Below the pieces are notes generated by a model. The model was not told the origin of the DNA and did not search any database. It worked only from the letters and a program-made list of their open reading frames with translations. Both the position numbers and the translations under genes were made by a program. 64,000 nucleotides of DNA, taken from NCBI GenBank assembly GCA_965231215.1, contig OZ246423.1, positions 1,184,001 to 1,248,000 on the forward strand, read 5' to 3'. Of this stretch, positions 9,511 through 19,887 are shown in pieces. The DNA comes from Candidatus Altimarinota bacterium. GTDB taxonomy: Bacteria; Patescibacteriota; Gracilibacteria; UBA4473. The number at the start of each line of letters is the position of its first letter. The first letter of the stretch is position 1.

Positions 9511-10296
9511 ATGAAATTTGGGTACGGAGGCTTTCTAGAAGATGATGAACAAGTGTTAAAAGTCTTTCGAAGACCCTTGGTTTTTTTGGCGAAGCCGTTG
9601 TGTTTAAGAGTTTTATTTTGGGGAACGCTTGTTTTTTTGTGGTGGTTTTTTTATCCGGCTTATTTTTATGAGAAAAAGGTCTGGTTTGATCTTAACTATG
9701 TATGGCAGGCTTTAGCTTTGGTAGGATTTATAAACTGCATGATGCCCACGTTTTTTTGGTATATGAATGCCATAGTGATGACCAATGAAAGTATTATTAT
9801 CATAGACTGGCCGAGGTTTTTTGTACGTCGCTCTAGCCGGATAGATTTTCATAATCTGGATGAAGTAACGGTAGAGAGAGTAGGGGTAAGATCTTTTTTG
9901 TTTAATTATGGAAATATTATTTTTGGCAAAGTGAATGGAGGCGATCAACATTTGGTGCCTCGTATTAGTAGACCCAGTAGAGCGGCCCGGATCATCGAAA
10001 ACTATAGAGAGTGGCACCTAGATCAAAAAAACTTTACTGAAGAATCGGCTCTAAAAGGGCTTTTAAGTGGAATGGTGCAAAGACATGTAGGGGATAAAGG
10101 CCAACCAGAAAGGTCAAAAGATGACAAAAAATATATAACTAATCCGGTAATCCAGGAAGCGGAAGACACCGAAACTATCGTGGTAAGAAAGCCTAAAAGC
10201 CATCACAGTAAACCCGTCAGGACAAATGTGGACGATGTCCAAGTAGAAAAAGAATTAGATGATACTGGAGGGATTGATATTGATTTGGAAGATTAG
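9511..10296 (+). CDS. Membrane protein with bacterial PH-like domain
   Basis: Two TM segments then VMTNESIII...IDFHNLDEVTV...FNYGNI...ISRP, the bPH-type pattern; acidic tail. Confidence 0.65.
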   Translation: MKFGYGGFLEDDEQVLKVFRRPLVFLAKPLCLRVLFWGTLVFLWWFFYPAYFYEKKVWFDLNYVWQALALVGFINCMMPTFFWYMNAIVMTNESIIIIDWPRFFVRRSSRIDFHNLDEVTVERVGVRSFLFNYGNIIFGKVNGGDQHLVPRISRPSRAARIIENYREWHLDQKNFTEESALKGLLSGMVQRHVGDKGQPERSKDDKKYITNPVIQEAEDTETIVVRKPKSHHSKPVRTNVDDVQVEKELDDTGGIDIDLED

Positions 10297-10399
10297 CCTT
10301 AAATTTTCATTTCAGACGCTGGATAAGGGGGTAAATTCACGTTGTGTTTAAGAGAGCGTATTCCATTACTCTAGTTTTTTTGTGGTATAATTTTTTTTG

Positions 10400-11515
10400 A
10401 TGCATTATGAACACAGAATCCAAAAGGTGAGGGCTAAAATGTTGGAACAAAATATCGAGGTTTTGATCTGTAATAAAACCGAAACCGTAGAGCGTTTTCC
10501 CAATATCCGATACCTCTGTGGATTTAACGGGAGTGAAGCCACCTTATTAATAGATTTAGATTTGGTCTTGTTGATTGTGGATGGACGTTATGGCGAAGTG
10601 GCTCAAACACTGCAAGCTAATTTTTTAGACTTAGAGGTGGTGGTTATAAAATCACAAAAAGAGGTTGAAACATCGGTAAAGAACTTTGTTAAAAGTCGTA
10701 ATAAAGTCCTGCTGCAGCAGGGGACTACCGATAGCCAAAAATCTCGGTTTGAGAAAATCTTAGGCATTAAAAGTATCCCCCTTACCAACATAGTAGCCGA
10801 TGTACGGCTGTTCAAGTCACCTGAAGAGATTAAATTTATAGCCGCAGCTCAAACCTTTGTGAACCAAGTCTTAACTACAGATTTTGAGAGTTTGGTTGAG
10901 CAAGGGATAACGGAAAAAGAACTGGCCTTTAAATTAGAAATAGCGCTTCGAGACGGAGGTAAATACGACCTGAGCTTTCCGTTTCCTTCGCCTATCATTG
11001 TAGCCTTCGGATCAAACTCGGCTAAGCCACACCACGCGCCAGGGGAGACTCGATTAGTGTATAATCAAAATATTTTGATTGATTGTGGCATTATCCATGA
11101 AGGGTATTGCACTGATATTACGCGTAATTACTGGTTTGGAGATACTGTAAATGAGGAATATCAAGCAGTCTTTGATATTTTACTCGAAGCCCAAATAAAA
11201 GCTTTAGAATCTCTTCAAGAGGGAGCAGATGCGGCACAGGTAGATACAGTCTGTAGTGATGATTTAGGCCAATATGCAGCATTCTATAAACACAGTTTAG
11301 GACATGGAGTCGGGATGGAAATTCATGAAGCCCCTGGGCTTTCACGGATGAGACCTGATACTATTTTGAAAGAGGGGATGGTAGTCACCTGTGAACCGGG
11401 AATTTATCTGGAAGGTAGATTTGGAATTCGGATAGAAGATTTGTTAGTGGTTCAAAAAGACTCACCAAGGGTTTTAAGTGAAGGGTGTGATAAACGACTT
11501 CAGATTATAAATTAA
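10400..11515 (+). CDS. Xaa-Pro aminopeptidase (M24B)
   Basis: NIRYLCGF, DGRY, IDCG..GYCTDITR, HSLGHGVGMEIHE, TCEPGIY, GIRIED. Confidence 0.93.
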   Translation: MHYEHRIQKVRAKMLEQNIEVLICNKTETVERFPNIRYLCGFNGSEATLLIDLDLVLLIVDGRYGEVAQTLQANFLDLEVVVIKSQKEVETSVKNFVKSRNKVLLQQGTTDSQKSRFEKILGIKSIPLTNIVADVRLFKSPEEIKFIAAAQTFVNQVLTTDFESLVEQGITEKELAFKLEIALRDGGKYDLSFPFPSPIIVAFGSNSAKPHHAPGETRLVYNQNILIDCGIIHEGYCTDITRNYWFGDTVNEEYQAVFDILLEAQIKALESLQEGADAAQVDTVCSDDLGQYAAFYKHSLGHGVGMEIHEAPGLSRMRPDTILKEGMVVTCEPGIYLEGRFGIRIEDLLVVQKDSPRVLSEGCDKRLQIIN

Positions 11516-11646
11516 ACCCGTATTAATATTTCGGCTCGTCCAGAATCCGATATTAGTTGAGATTTTGATGGATGAACAAAGGGGCTGGAGTCTATTTTTG
11601 CTAAGACAAATGGAACAGCCTTTGGGCTAACCAGAGTATTATGGTT

Positions 11647-12720
11647 TTACCACTCCAAACTACCGCCTGTTTGATACTCGGTTACCCGAGTCTCAAAGAA
11701 GTTTTTTTCTTTAGAGAGATCCATAATCTCGGCCATCCAAGGGAATGGCGATTCAACATTATATTGTTTTTCAAGGTTGATTCTTTCTAGTCGTCGGTCA
11801 GCAATGTATTTTACATATTCCCCTACGGTATCTGATCTGAGCCCTAAGATCCCTTTTGGGAGGGCATCTTCAGCGTAGTTGCACTCTAGCCGAACCGCTT
11901 CTGTGATGGCATCTGTGATTTTTTGTTTAAATTCGGGGGTCCAGATTTCTGGGTTTTCTGCCACAATAGTATTGATAAGATCAATTCCGAAATTCATGTG
12001 GATAGATTCATCTCGCATGATGTACTGGAACTGTTCGCCAATACCTACCATCCGGTTGTTTCGCAGCATAGACAACATCATGGCAAATCCAGCGTAAAAA
12101 AAGATTCCTTCCATGATCACATAGAAACCGATAAGGTCAAAAACGAATTTTTGAATATTTTCAGTGCTGTCGGTTTTAAAGCCTTCATCAAAGATTGATT
12201 GGGTGAACTGTACCACGTATTCATCTTTTTCATTAATTCGAGGGATGGTCAGGTACATGTTGTAGATTTCTTCTGGATCAAGCCCCAGGGTGTCACAACA
12301 GTAAATAAAGGTATCGGTGTGAATGGCTTCTTCAAAAGCTTGCCGTAGGAGATACTGCCGGCATTCAGGATTAGTCACATGTTTATAAATGGCCAATACG
12401 ATATTGTTGGCCGTTAAACTTTCGGCTGTAGAAAAGAACCCTAAATTCCACAAAATCATTCGCCGTTCATCTTCACTGAGAGCCCCTGGAGTTTTCCAGA
12501 GTTCAATATCTTGTTGCATGGACACTTCTTCTGGAGTCCAGTTATTGGCTACGCCTTGTTTATAATATTCACGAGCCCAAGGATAGGTAAAAGGTAAAAT
12601 CTTATTAGGGTCAGTAGAACTATTATTTAGAATTCCACCTTTTCCACTACCGCTGGTATCAGAAGCGCCAAGGCTTACCGCGGCATTGTTATTTGTAGTT
12701 GTAGAAGTATCGTTGTTCAT
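11647..12720 (-). CDS. nrdB: Ribonucleotide reductase small subunit, class Ic-type (R2c)
   Basis: W.P.E, FFSTAES, EEAIHTDTF, MEGIFFYAGF, RDESIH, KNFFETRVTEY. Confidence 0.95.
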   Translation of the reverse strand: MNNDTSTTTNNNAAVSLGASDTSGSGKGGILNNSSTDPNKILPFTYPWAREYYKQGVANNWTPEEVSMQQDIELWKTPGALSEDERRMILWNLGFFSTAESLTANNIVLAIYKHVTNPECRQYLLRQAFEEAIHTDTFIYCCDTLGLDPEEIYNMYLTIPRINEKDEYVVQFTQSIFDEGFKTDSTENIQKFVFDLIGFYVIMEGIFFYAGFAMMLSMLRNNRMVGIGEQFQYIMRDESIHMNFGIDLINTIVAENPEIWTPEFKQKITDAITEAVRLECNYAEDALPKGILGLRSDTVGEYVKYIADRRLERINLEKQYNVESPFPWMAEIMDLSKEKNFFETRVTEYQTGGSLEW

Positions 12721-12880
12721 TGTTTTTATAATGGATTAATTTTATTAGTCAGTGAGGACGCCCGAGAGAGGCTAAAACCTTTGTAGTGTGGTACGAAGCG
12801 CTCTGTTGGTTCAGAGGACGTAGATTACCACGTTGATTTTTTACTTTTTTGCATCATCGCTCGCAATGATATTTTTTTAT

Positions 12881-15748
12881 TTATTGGCAGGCCTCACAAT
12901 CAGGATCTCCCAGGAGGCTAGCCATAGCGGCTGCGGAAGCTACAGGGGCTGCAGGGGTCACCGTTGGAGTTTCTTTTTTGACCGTAGGCGTTGGCGATGG
13001 TGTAGCTGGGGTGGTGCTTACAGCTTCGGTTTTATTTTCGGTTGGTTTGCTAAAGTCTCGTTTATGAGTCCCTTGAGCATTCAGTGTAGATTTTTCTACT
13101 TGAGAGGCGCCCAGAGTTCGGAGATAGTAGGTGGTTTTAAGTCCGTATTTCCAAGCCCCCATATATCCATCGGCGATGTCTTTACCACTGGTTCCTTTAT
13201 AGAAGATGTTGGTAGACTGAGCCTGGTCAAGCCATTTTTGCCTTTTACTGGCCTGTTTAATAATCCAGCTAGAGGGGATTTCAAAGACTTCTTTGTACTT
13301 TTGTCTAATAGTGACAGGAATTTCTTCAATCTGCTGTACTGACCCATCATGCATTTTGAGTTTTTCGTACATCTCCGCATTCCAAAGCTGAGCCTCTTTA
13401 AGATCTTCAACCAAGTATTTGTTGATTACGGTAAATTCTCCGCCCATGTTAGATTTAACATAGAGGTTTTTATAGATGGGTTCTGTACAAGGAATACACC
13501 CAGCAATATTTGAAATGGTAGCCGTTGGTGCAATAGCCATAGTGTTACTGTTTCGCATGCCATTTTTGGCAATAGATTCACGTACTGGAGTCCAGTCTTT
13601 TTTCATTTGTTGATCCATCATGATCTTTTCACCACGATGTTCTTCAAGTAATTTTACCGTATCGATGGGGAGTAAACCGCGATCCCATTTAGAACCTCTG
13701 AAAGACTCATAGCTACCTCTTTCTCCGGCCAGTTCTGAGCTAGAAAGAATAGCGTGATAAGAAATTTCTTCCATTACTTCATCTACGAAATCTACAGCAG
13801 TTTCTGAATCAAAATCTAGATTTTTCATAAAGAAAAGATCGGCTAACCCCATAAGGCCGAGTCCCACTGGACGGTGTTTCATATTTGAGGCTCGAGTTTC
13901 TTTCGTTGGGTAGAAGTTAATATCAATTACGTTATCAAGCATTCGCATAGCGATCTTAACCGTTTTAGCGAGCTTTTCGCGGTCTAGGTCTTTGGTTTGT
14001 TGGTCAAAGTGTTTAGCAAGGTTGAGTGATCCAAGGTTACATACAGCGGTCTCTTCCTTTGAATTATTCAGAGTGATTTCAGTACACAGGTTTGAGTCAT
14101 GAATCACTCCACAGTGATCTTGAGGTGATCGTACATTACAGGGGTCTTTGAAAGTCATCCAAGGATGACCAGTTTCGAAAAGCATCGTTACCATTTTTCT
14201 CCAAAGGTCGGCAGCTGGCATCGTTTTGTGAAGGTTGATTTCACCTTTTTCGGCCTTAGTTTCGTATTCATTATATTTGGCTTCAAAGTCTTTTCCGTAG
14301 AGATCATGTAGTTCGGGAACCTCGTCTGGTGAAAAGAGTGTCCAGTGACCTCCAGATTCTACTCGTTTCATAAATAGGTCTGGAATCCAAGCGGCGGTAT
14401 TCATGTCATGGGTTCTTCGGCGTTCGTCTCCTGTATTTTTACGAAGCTCCAAAAATTCGGGGAAGTCAAAGTGCCAACATTCAAGGTAGGCACATACGGC
14501 GCCTTTTCGTTTCCCTCCTTGGTTTACAGCAACGGCTGTGTCATTCGCAATTTTGAGAAAAGGAATAACCCCCTGAGAAGATCCATTAGTACCCTCAATT
14601 CGGGCCCCCGTGGCTCGTACTCTAGTCCAGTCATTCCCAATGCCTCCGGCCCATTTAGAAAGCTGGGCATTATCACCAATCACTTTAAAAATATGAGTCA
14701 AGGAGTCATCAATGGTAGAAAGGTAACAAGAAGAAAGTTGGGAGTGAGTTGTCCCCGCATTAAAGAGGGTTGGAGTTGAACTTATAAAACTAAGAGTTGA
14801 AAGATTATTATAGAACTCAATGGCATATTTTTCTCGGTCGGCTCCAGCCTCTGCAAGGGCTAATCCCATAGAAACTCTCATCCAAAAATGCTGGGGGGCT
14901 TCAATTCGTTCTTGGTTTACGTGGACAAAATACCGATCATATAAAGTTTGTAGACCTAGGTAGGTAAGATCTCGGTCACGTTCAGTTTTAAGTGCGTCTG
15001 TAATTCGGTCCAGATCAAAAGTGAGGAGTTCTTTGTTTACGCGGTTAGCTTCAACTCCTCGTTTGAGATTTTTGATAAAACTTTTTTGATACATATCTTC
15101 AAACTTTCCATCAGCAAATTTTTCTTGGAATACTTCTTTATAAATGGAATCAAGTAGCAATCTTGAAGCAAGAAAAGAGTATTCAGGATCTCGCTCGATA
15201 AAGGCTTTTGCCGCCATAACGAGCGCTTTAGAAATATTTTTAGTTTCTATTCCATCAAAGACATTCTTTTTTACCTCTTCAGCGATAATATTTTCATCTA
15301 CAAATTTGAGCCCTTTTGCGGCTCGGGCAATAGCTTTTTTTACTTTCTTAATATCAAAGATTTCAGTCCGGCCGTCAGACTTCGTTACTTTAAGAAGATT
15401 TTTCTCAATTTTTTGGAGCTCTTCAAGCCGTTGTTCCGCTCGTATTCGAGCCCGTTCAGCTCGGTATAAGATATAGTGTTTGGCAATATCAAAATTTCCA
15501 GATTCAACTAATTTTTTCTCAACCGTGTCTTGAATTTCTTCCACTGTTGGAAATTTTTCTAACCCATCAAATTGATTATTTAAATCCAACATAACGCTAT
15601 CGGTCATATCGCTTGCAAACGTTTCTCCAACATTTACCGGCCCTTCCGCTTGAGTTGCTTCTAGGGCTTTTTGTATAGCTACGACTATTCGTTGCGGATC
15701 AAAGTCAGCAACAATTCCAGTTCGTTTACGGATTTTAATAATGGACAT
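12881..15748 (-). CDS. nrdA: Ribonucleotide reductase large subunit with two N-terminal ATP cones
   Basis: Cones start IRKRTG and VTKSDG; TPTLFNAG, QLSSC, SNLCTEI, VCNLGS, AIAPTATIS, KTTYY, C-terminal CEACQ. Confidence 0.97.
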   Translation of the reverse strand: MSIIKIRKRTGIVADFDPQRIVVAIQKALEATQAEGPVNVGETFASDMTDSVMLDLNNQFDGLEKFPTVEEIQDTVEKKLVESGNFDIAKHYILYRAERARIRAEQRLEELQKIEKNLLKVTKSDGRTEIFDIKKVKKAIARAAKGLKFVDENIIAEEVKKNVFDGIETKNISKALVMAAKAFIERDPEYSFLASRLLLDSIYKEVFQEKFADGKFEDMYQKSFIKNLKRGVEANRVNKELLTFDLDRITDALKTERDRDLTYLGLQTLYDRYFVHVNQERIEAPQHFWMRVSMGLALAEAGADREKYAIEFYNNLSTLSFISSTPTLFNAGTTHSQLSSCYLSTIDDSLTHIFKVIGDNAQLSKWAGGIGNDWTRVRATGARIEGTNGSSQGVIPFLKIANDTAVAVNQGGKRKGAVCAYLECWHFDFPEFLELRKNTGDERRRTHDMNTAAWIPDLFMKRVESGGHWTLFSPDEVPELHDLYGKDFEAKYNEYETKAEKGEINLHKTMPAADLWRKMVTMLFETGHPWMTFKDPCNVRSPQDHCGVIHDSNLCTEITLNNSKEETAVCNLGSLNLAKHFDQQTKDLDREKLAKTVKIAMRMLDNVIDINFYPTKETRASNMKHRPVGLGLMGLADLFFMKNLDFDSETAVDFVDEVMEEISYHAILSSSELAGERGSYESFRGSKWDRGLLPIDTVKLLEEHRGEKIMMDQQMKKDWTPVRESIAKNGMRNSNTMAIAPTATISNIAGCIPCTEPIYKNLYVKSNMGGEFTVINKYLVEDLKEAQLWNAEMYEKLKMHDGSVQQIEEIPVTIRQKYKEVFEIPSSWIIKQASKRQKWLDQAQSTNIFYKGTSGKDIADGYMGAWKYGLKTTYYLRTLGASQVEKSTLNAQGTHKRDFSKPTENKTEAVSTTPATPSPTPTVKKETPTVTPAAPVASAAAMASLLGDPDCEACQ

Positions 15749-15882
15749 GTTTTTGAGAGAGGTTAATGGGTTAAGTTATGATTAAGTTCGTGTTTTTTGA
15801 GCACAAAATTTATACAAAGAGCGCAGAAATAGCGTTTCTTCCTGGATATTCAGGGGGATAAGTGCTTTTTATTTTGTTTTAT

Positions 15883-15930
15883 CCCCAATATGTTGAGGGC
15901 AAAAAGAATTCTAACTACAACATCTAGGGG
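15883..15930. promoter_or_regulatory. Tandem NrdR boxes upstream of nrdA
   Basis: ccccaatatgttgagg (15883-15898) and ctacaacatctagggg (15915-15930) both fit the acaCwAtATaTwGtg consensus core, with 32-bp start-to-start spacing. Confidence 0.8.
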
Positions 15931-16049
15931 GTGCAAATTAATTTCAAAAAAAAAGTTTGCGGAAATGGAGAAACATTTTTTGTGAAAAGAAGCCCGAAAT
16001 TTTATCGATAATTCTCGACTTTGTGGGGGATTGCTTTACTATCGCTTTG

Positions 16050-16832
16050 ATGGAAATTTGGCAGGCGGCTTTGCTCGGATTGGTTCAAGGCGTGACTGAA
16101 TTTCTCCCCATTTCTTCAAGCGGTCACTTGTTTTTGGGAGAATACTTTTTAGGACTTCAGCCTCATACTGATTTTATGATTGCGTTACATGTAGCGACAT
16201 TGTTAGCGGTTATTTTAGTCTATTTTGATCGTATACTCAGTTTGTTAAAAGCCTGGGGACAATGGTGGCTAGAGCCTAAGGCAAAAAATTTAGAAGCGAT
16301 CCTTGGGTGGCAACTCATTGTAGCCACGCTGGTCACGGTGGTGGTAGCTCTGATAATTGAACCTTATTTTGAAACTATTCTAAATCTCAAAACAGTCGCT
16401 ATCACTTTAATGCTAACGGGTTTATTAATTATGCTGTCAGAGTTTTTAGCCTGTAGATCAAAGAACCAAGTACTCAACTGGAGGCATACTTTGGGATTAG
16501 GCTTGGTACAGGGGCTGGCCGTTATTCCGGGGATTTCTAGATCAGGGATTACTATTGCTTATCTTTTAAGCATAGGCATTGACAGGCGACAGGCGGCTGA
16601 TATTTCCTTTCTTTTATCAATGCCTACTATTTTAGGAGCTGGAGTTTTTATGCTCAAATCCAATGATTGGCAACTGACCTTAGATGTGGCTCAGTGGATT
16701 GGCTGTGGTGTAGCTTTTTTGGCAGCTATAGTGGCCATTTTTTGGATGAAAAGCTGGGTGCAAGATAAATGGCTCTATTTTGCGCCCTATTGTATAGGGC
16801 TCTCTTTAATTTTATTTTTTGTATTGCTATGA
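16050..16832 (+). CDS. uppP: Undecaprenyl-diphosphate phosphatase
   Basis: QGVTEFLPISSSGH, PGISRSG, multiple TM segments; start MEIWQ at 16050. Confidence 0.95.
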   Translation: MEIWQAALLGLVQGVTEFLPISSSGHLFLGEYFLGLQPHTDFMIALHVATLLAVILVYFDRILSLLKAWGQWWLEPKAKNLEAILGWQLIVATLVTVVVALIIEPYFETILNLKTVAITLMLTGLLIMLSEFLACRSKNQVLNWRHTLGLGLVQGLAVIPGISRSGITIAYLLSIGIDRRQAADISFLLSMPTILGAGVFMLKSNDWQLTLDVAQWIGCGVAFLAAIVAIFWMKSWVQDKWLYFAPYCIGLSLILFFVLL

Positions 16833-17434
16833 AACTGATTCTTGCTTCAACTTCGCCCAATCGTAAAGAACTCATGGATCGAATGGGCATACAATATGAA
16901 CTCAGAGTTCCAGACTATGAAGAGGTTATTGAACGTGATAAATCAGCTTTTGATCAAGTTCAACAATTTGCCGAAGGTAAAGCTTTGTCGGTTCAAGGGC
17001 CTCCAGATGAAGACCATTTGGTAATGGGGTTTGATTCAATGATTTATTTTGAAGGTCAGTCTCTGGGGAAAGCTCAGAGCGAAGAAGAAGCAATAGAAGT
17101 TTTAAAAAGCTTTGTTGGAAAACCACAAGAAATTGTAACGGGTTTCTGTTTGCATGGAATCTATAACGGTAAAGCCTTCAAGATTACAGATTATCAGTCA
17201 ACACCTGTAAAATTTCGTGACGATGTGACCGAAGACGAAATTAAGAAATATTTGACCTTTGGAGACTGGGAAGGGAAGTGTGGGGCTTATTCTATACTGG
17301 GGCCTGGTATTTTCTTTTTAGAATCCTTAGAGGGAGATTTCCAAAATATTGTGGGGATCCCCGTCATAAAGATCGGACATCATATAAAAAATCTTACTGG
17401 AAAAAGTTGGGTCAAATTGTTGTCAAAAAAATGA
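16829..17434 (+). CDS. maf: Maf family nucleoside triphosphate pyrophosphatase
   Basis: LILASTSPNR, GKCGAY, GDFQNIVGIP; ATGA overlap with the uppP stop. Confidence 0.92.
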   Translation: MKLILASTSPNRKELMDRMGIQYELRVPDYEEVIERDKSAFDQVQQFAEGKALSVQGPPDEDHLVMGFDSMIYFEGQSLGKAQSEEEAIEVLKSFVGKPQEIVTGFCLHGIYNGKAFKITDYQSTPVKFRDDVTEDEIKKYLTFGDWEGKCGAYSILGPGIFFLESLEGDFQNIVGIPVIKIGHHIKNLTGKSWVKLLSKK

Positions 17435-17566
17435 GATAAGTTGCCTTTATTATTGATGTTAAAGTTTGGGGAAGTTATTCAACTTCCAGAAGGGAGGAGC
17501 GAAAACTTTGAAACGCAGAGAATGGAGCCTGGAACGGCAGCCAGTTTTTGAGAAAACTAAATACCT

Positions 17567-17905
17567 TTACTGTATTAGTAGTTTTGTAATTTCTCCAAGA
17601 CCGCCCAGAACCTCCTGAGCTTGGTTCGCTGAGTTTAGAATTTGGTTACCTGTAGCTATGGGCTGTTGTACGACAGAAACTTTGTTCCATAAGGATTGAG
17701 TGAATAGCTTTAATTGAGCGAACGAAAACCAAATAAAAACCAAAATAATAATAAATTTTATAGTCTGAGCCGTAAGCTTGTAGCGTTCGGTCCAGAGGCG
17801 TTTTTTTTCAGTCTCTAAAAGAGCTTTTTGGGTATCGAGTATTTGTTCTAATAAAAGTTCTTGTCTTGGAGGGGTGTATGGTTTGGAAGCTTGATTTTGA
17901 GTCAT
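17567..17905 (-). CDS. Hypothetical single-pass membrane protein
   Basis: 112 aa; coiled segment then hydrophobic FIIILVFIWFSF. Confidence 0.6.
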   Translation of the reverse strand: MTQNQASKPYTPPRQELLLEQILDTQKALLETEKKRLWTERYKLTAQTIKFIIILVFIWFSFAQLKLFTQSLWNKVSVVQQPIATGNQILNSANQAQEVLGGLGEITKLLIQ

Positions 17906-18105
17906 GTTTTTAAGTATTATGAGTGATGGTCAAAAGGGGATGCCAACATTATAGAGGAAAAGGAGCGGAAATTCTAGGAACCATTTTACCCACAGAACTG
18001 ATTAAAAAAGGAGGGCGAGGCCCTTAGGCCCCTCTCTGTTTATATAAAATGTGGCTTGAAAAAGTTGAAGTAAATGGTACAAGTGTAGGGCGTTGAACCT
18101 TTATC

Positions 18106-18399
18106 ATGTTTGAACCTGCCAAAAACCTAGTTATTAGTGCCACCTCAAAATATAACCTAACCCGTCAGGCGGTAGGCGCAATGGTGTGTGAACGCGTACG
18201 AAAATTTTTGGCCGAGCACTATGCTGATTATGCGCCGTACTGGGAACCTCAAAAATTTCGTGGAGGAGTTTTGACCATTAAAGTCACTAGTAGTTCAGCG
18301 GCTTCGGTGTTATTTATGAAAACGCATGAAATTATGGAAAAATTAAAACGTTTAGAACTCCCAGAACCGATAAAGGAAATCCAGATAAATAAAGGGTAA
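18106..18399 (+). CDS. DciA/DUF721-like protein
   Basis: FRGGVLTIKVTSSSAASVLFMKTHEIMEKL...IKEIQI matches the DUF721 pattern. Confidence 0.7.
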   Translation: MFEPAKNLVISATSKYNLTRQAVGAMVCERVRKFLAEHYADYAPYWEPQKFRGGVLTIKVTSSSAASVLFMKTHEIMEKLKRLELPEPIKEIQINKG

Positions 18400-18454
18400 A
18401 AGTTCGGAGTAAAGATTTTGATAAATTTTTAAATTTTTATTAGCATGAGATTGT

Positions 18455-19882
18455 ATGAAATCGTACAAACTCGGCTTAGTTTTTGGAGTGGCTCTTCTGA
18501 TGCTTTGGGGCTGTGAAAAGCGTGACCCAGCAGAAACGGCTCTGGGCGATGAGGCTACTTTGGGGCAGGCGGTTACTATGCAGCTTTGGACGACAGAAGA
18601 GCCAAGATTTTTTGAAGCGCTCACAAAAGAATTCATTGCAGAACTAGCGGTTCCAAACCTTCGGTTTAAGGTTATTAGCTTTGACTCAGAAAAAGAATTG
18701 CAGGCCTATGCTGTAGACAAAATGGCTGAAGGCGAAGGCCCTGATATTATTTTTACTAATGGGGAATGGATCGCACAAAACACAGGGAAATTAGTACCGG
18801 TAGGAGAGGCCGATGAAGGGTTTAATGAGACCAACTTTAGAAATACTTTTGTACAATCAGCCTCTGAGTTGTTGATACAGGAGGAAAAGATTTATGGAAT
18901 ACCGCTCGCGATTGATACACTCGCTTTAATATTTAATGAAGAACATATTGAGGATCGTCTTCCAGAAGCGAATACCCCGAGTCGTAACTGGAGAGATTTT
19001 CGGCAAGATGTAGAGAATATTACGAAAGCAGACAACTCATTTGAAAGATTTTCTGCCTCTGGTGCCGCTCTGGGAAGAATGGACAATACCAATCACGGCG
19101 GGGCGCTTCTGGAAACCATTATGGTGCAAATGGGAATTCAGTTTTTTGATGAAAATGGAACTCAGGCTTTGTTTAATCAGTCTCAAAGCGTAGAAGAAGG
19201 AGGGCGAAGACAAAATCTTGGAGTAGAGGCTTTTAACTTTTACACCAGTTTTGCCGATGATCGATTTAAAAATCATTCATGGAATGATCTTTTAGCCGAT
19301 AGTGGATCTAATCTAAAAGATTTTGAAACCTTTGCTCGAGGGAAAACTTCTATGGTTTTTGCTTATGCTCGAGACCTTAAAAAGATTGATGAAATCATTG
19401 AAAGCCTTGAAGGGCGCCAAGAAAAAGTAATCAATGCGAAAGATTTGAGAGTTTCTTTTTTGCCGCAGATACAGGACCCATCGGTCAGTGCCGATAGACG
19501 CATTGTGGCTAAGGTCTCAGCTTTAGGGGTAAGTCGTACAACGGAGTATCCTAATACGGCTTGGCAGTTCCTTAAATACGCTATTAAAAAAGATAACCTT
19601 CAGAAATTTCATGAAGAAACAAGTCTCCCAACTCCGCGCGTAGATATGTTAGCTCAACAGGAATCTATGCCAGAAGTAGGCGTGTATGTGAGACAGGCAA
19701 AATTTGCCCGAGCTAATAAGCTGCCCCTTCCAAAAGCTGAATTCTATGAAGCTTTAGCTCCAATTATTTTAGATATTAACGATCGTAAGTTGACGTTAGA
19801 GAAGGGGATTAATTTACTGGCCAATCGACTAACTCAAAGACTCAAAACACTCCAGGCCAAAAGGAAAGAAATGGGTGACTAA
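18455..19882 (+). CDS. Extracellular solute-binding lipoprotein (family 1, sugar-binding type)
   Basis: Lipobox LWGC, GEGPDII, IYGIPLAIDTLALIFN, FARGKTSM, AWQFLKY. Confidence 0.85.
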   Translation: MKSYKLGLVFGVALLMLWGCEKRDPAETALGDEATLGQAVTMQLWTTEEPRFFEALTKEFIAELAVPNLRFKVISFDSEKELQAYAVDKMAEGEGPDIIFTNGEWIAQNTGKLVPVGEADEGFNETNFRNTFVQSASELLIQEEKIYGIPLAIDTLALIFNEEHIEDRLPEANTPSRNWRDFRQDVENITKADNSFERFSASGAALGRMDNTNHGGALLETIMVQMGIQFFDENGTQALFNQSQSVEEGGRRQNLGVEAFNFYTSFADDRFKNHSWNDLLADSGSNLKDFETFARGKTSMVFAYARDLKKIDEIIESLEGRQEKVINAKDLRVSFLPQIQDPSVSADRRIVAKVSALGVSRTTEYPNTAWQFLKYAIKKDNLQKFHEETSLPTPRVDMLAQQESMPEVGVYVRQAKFARANKLPLPKAEFYEALAPIILDINDRKLTLEKGINLLANRLTQRLKTLQAKRKEMGD

Positions 19883-19887
19883 AGCTT

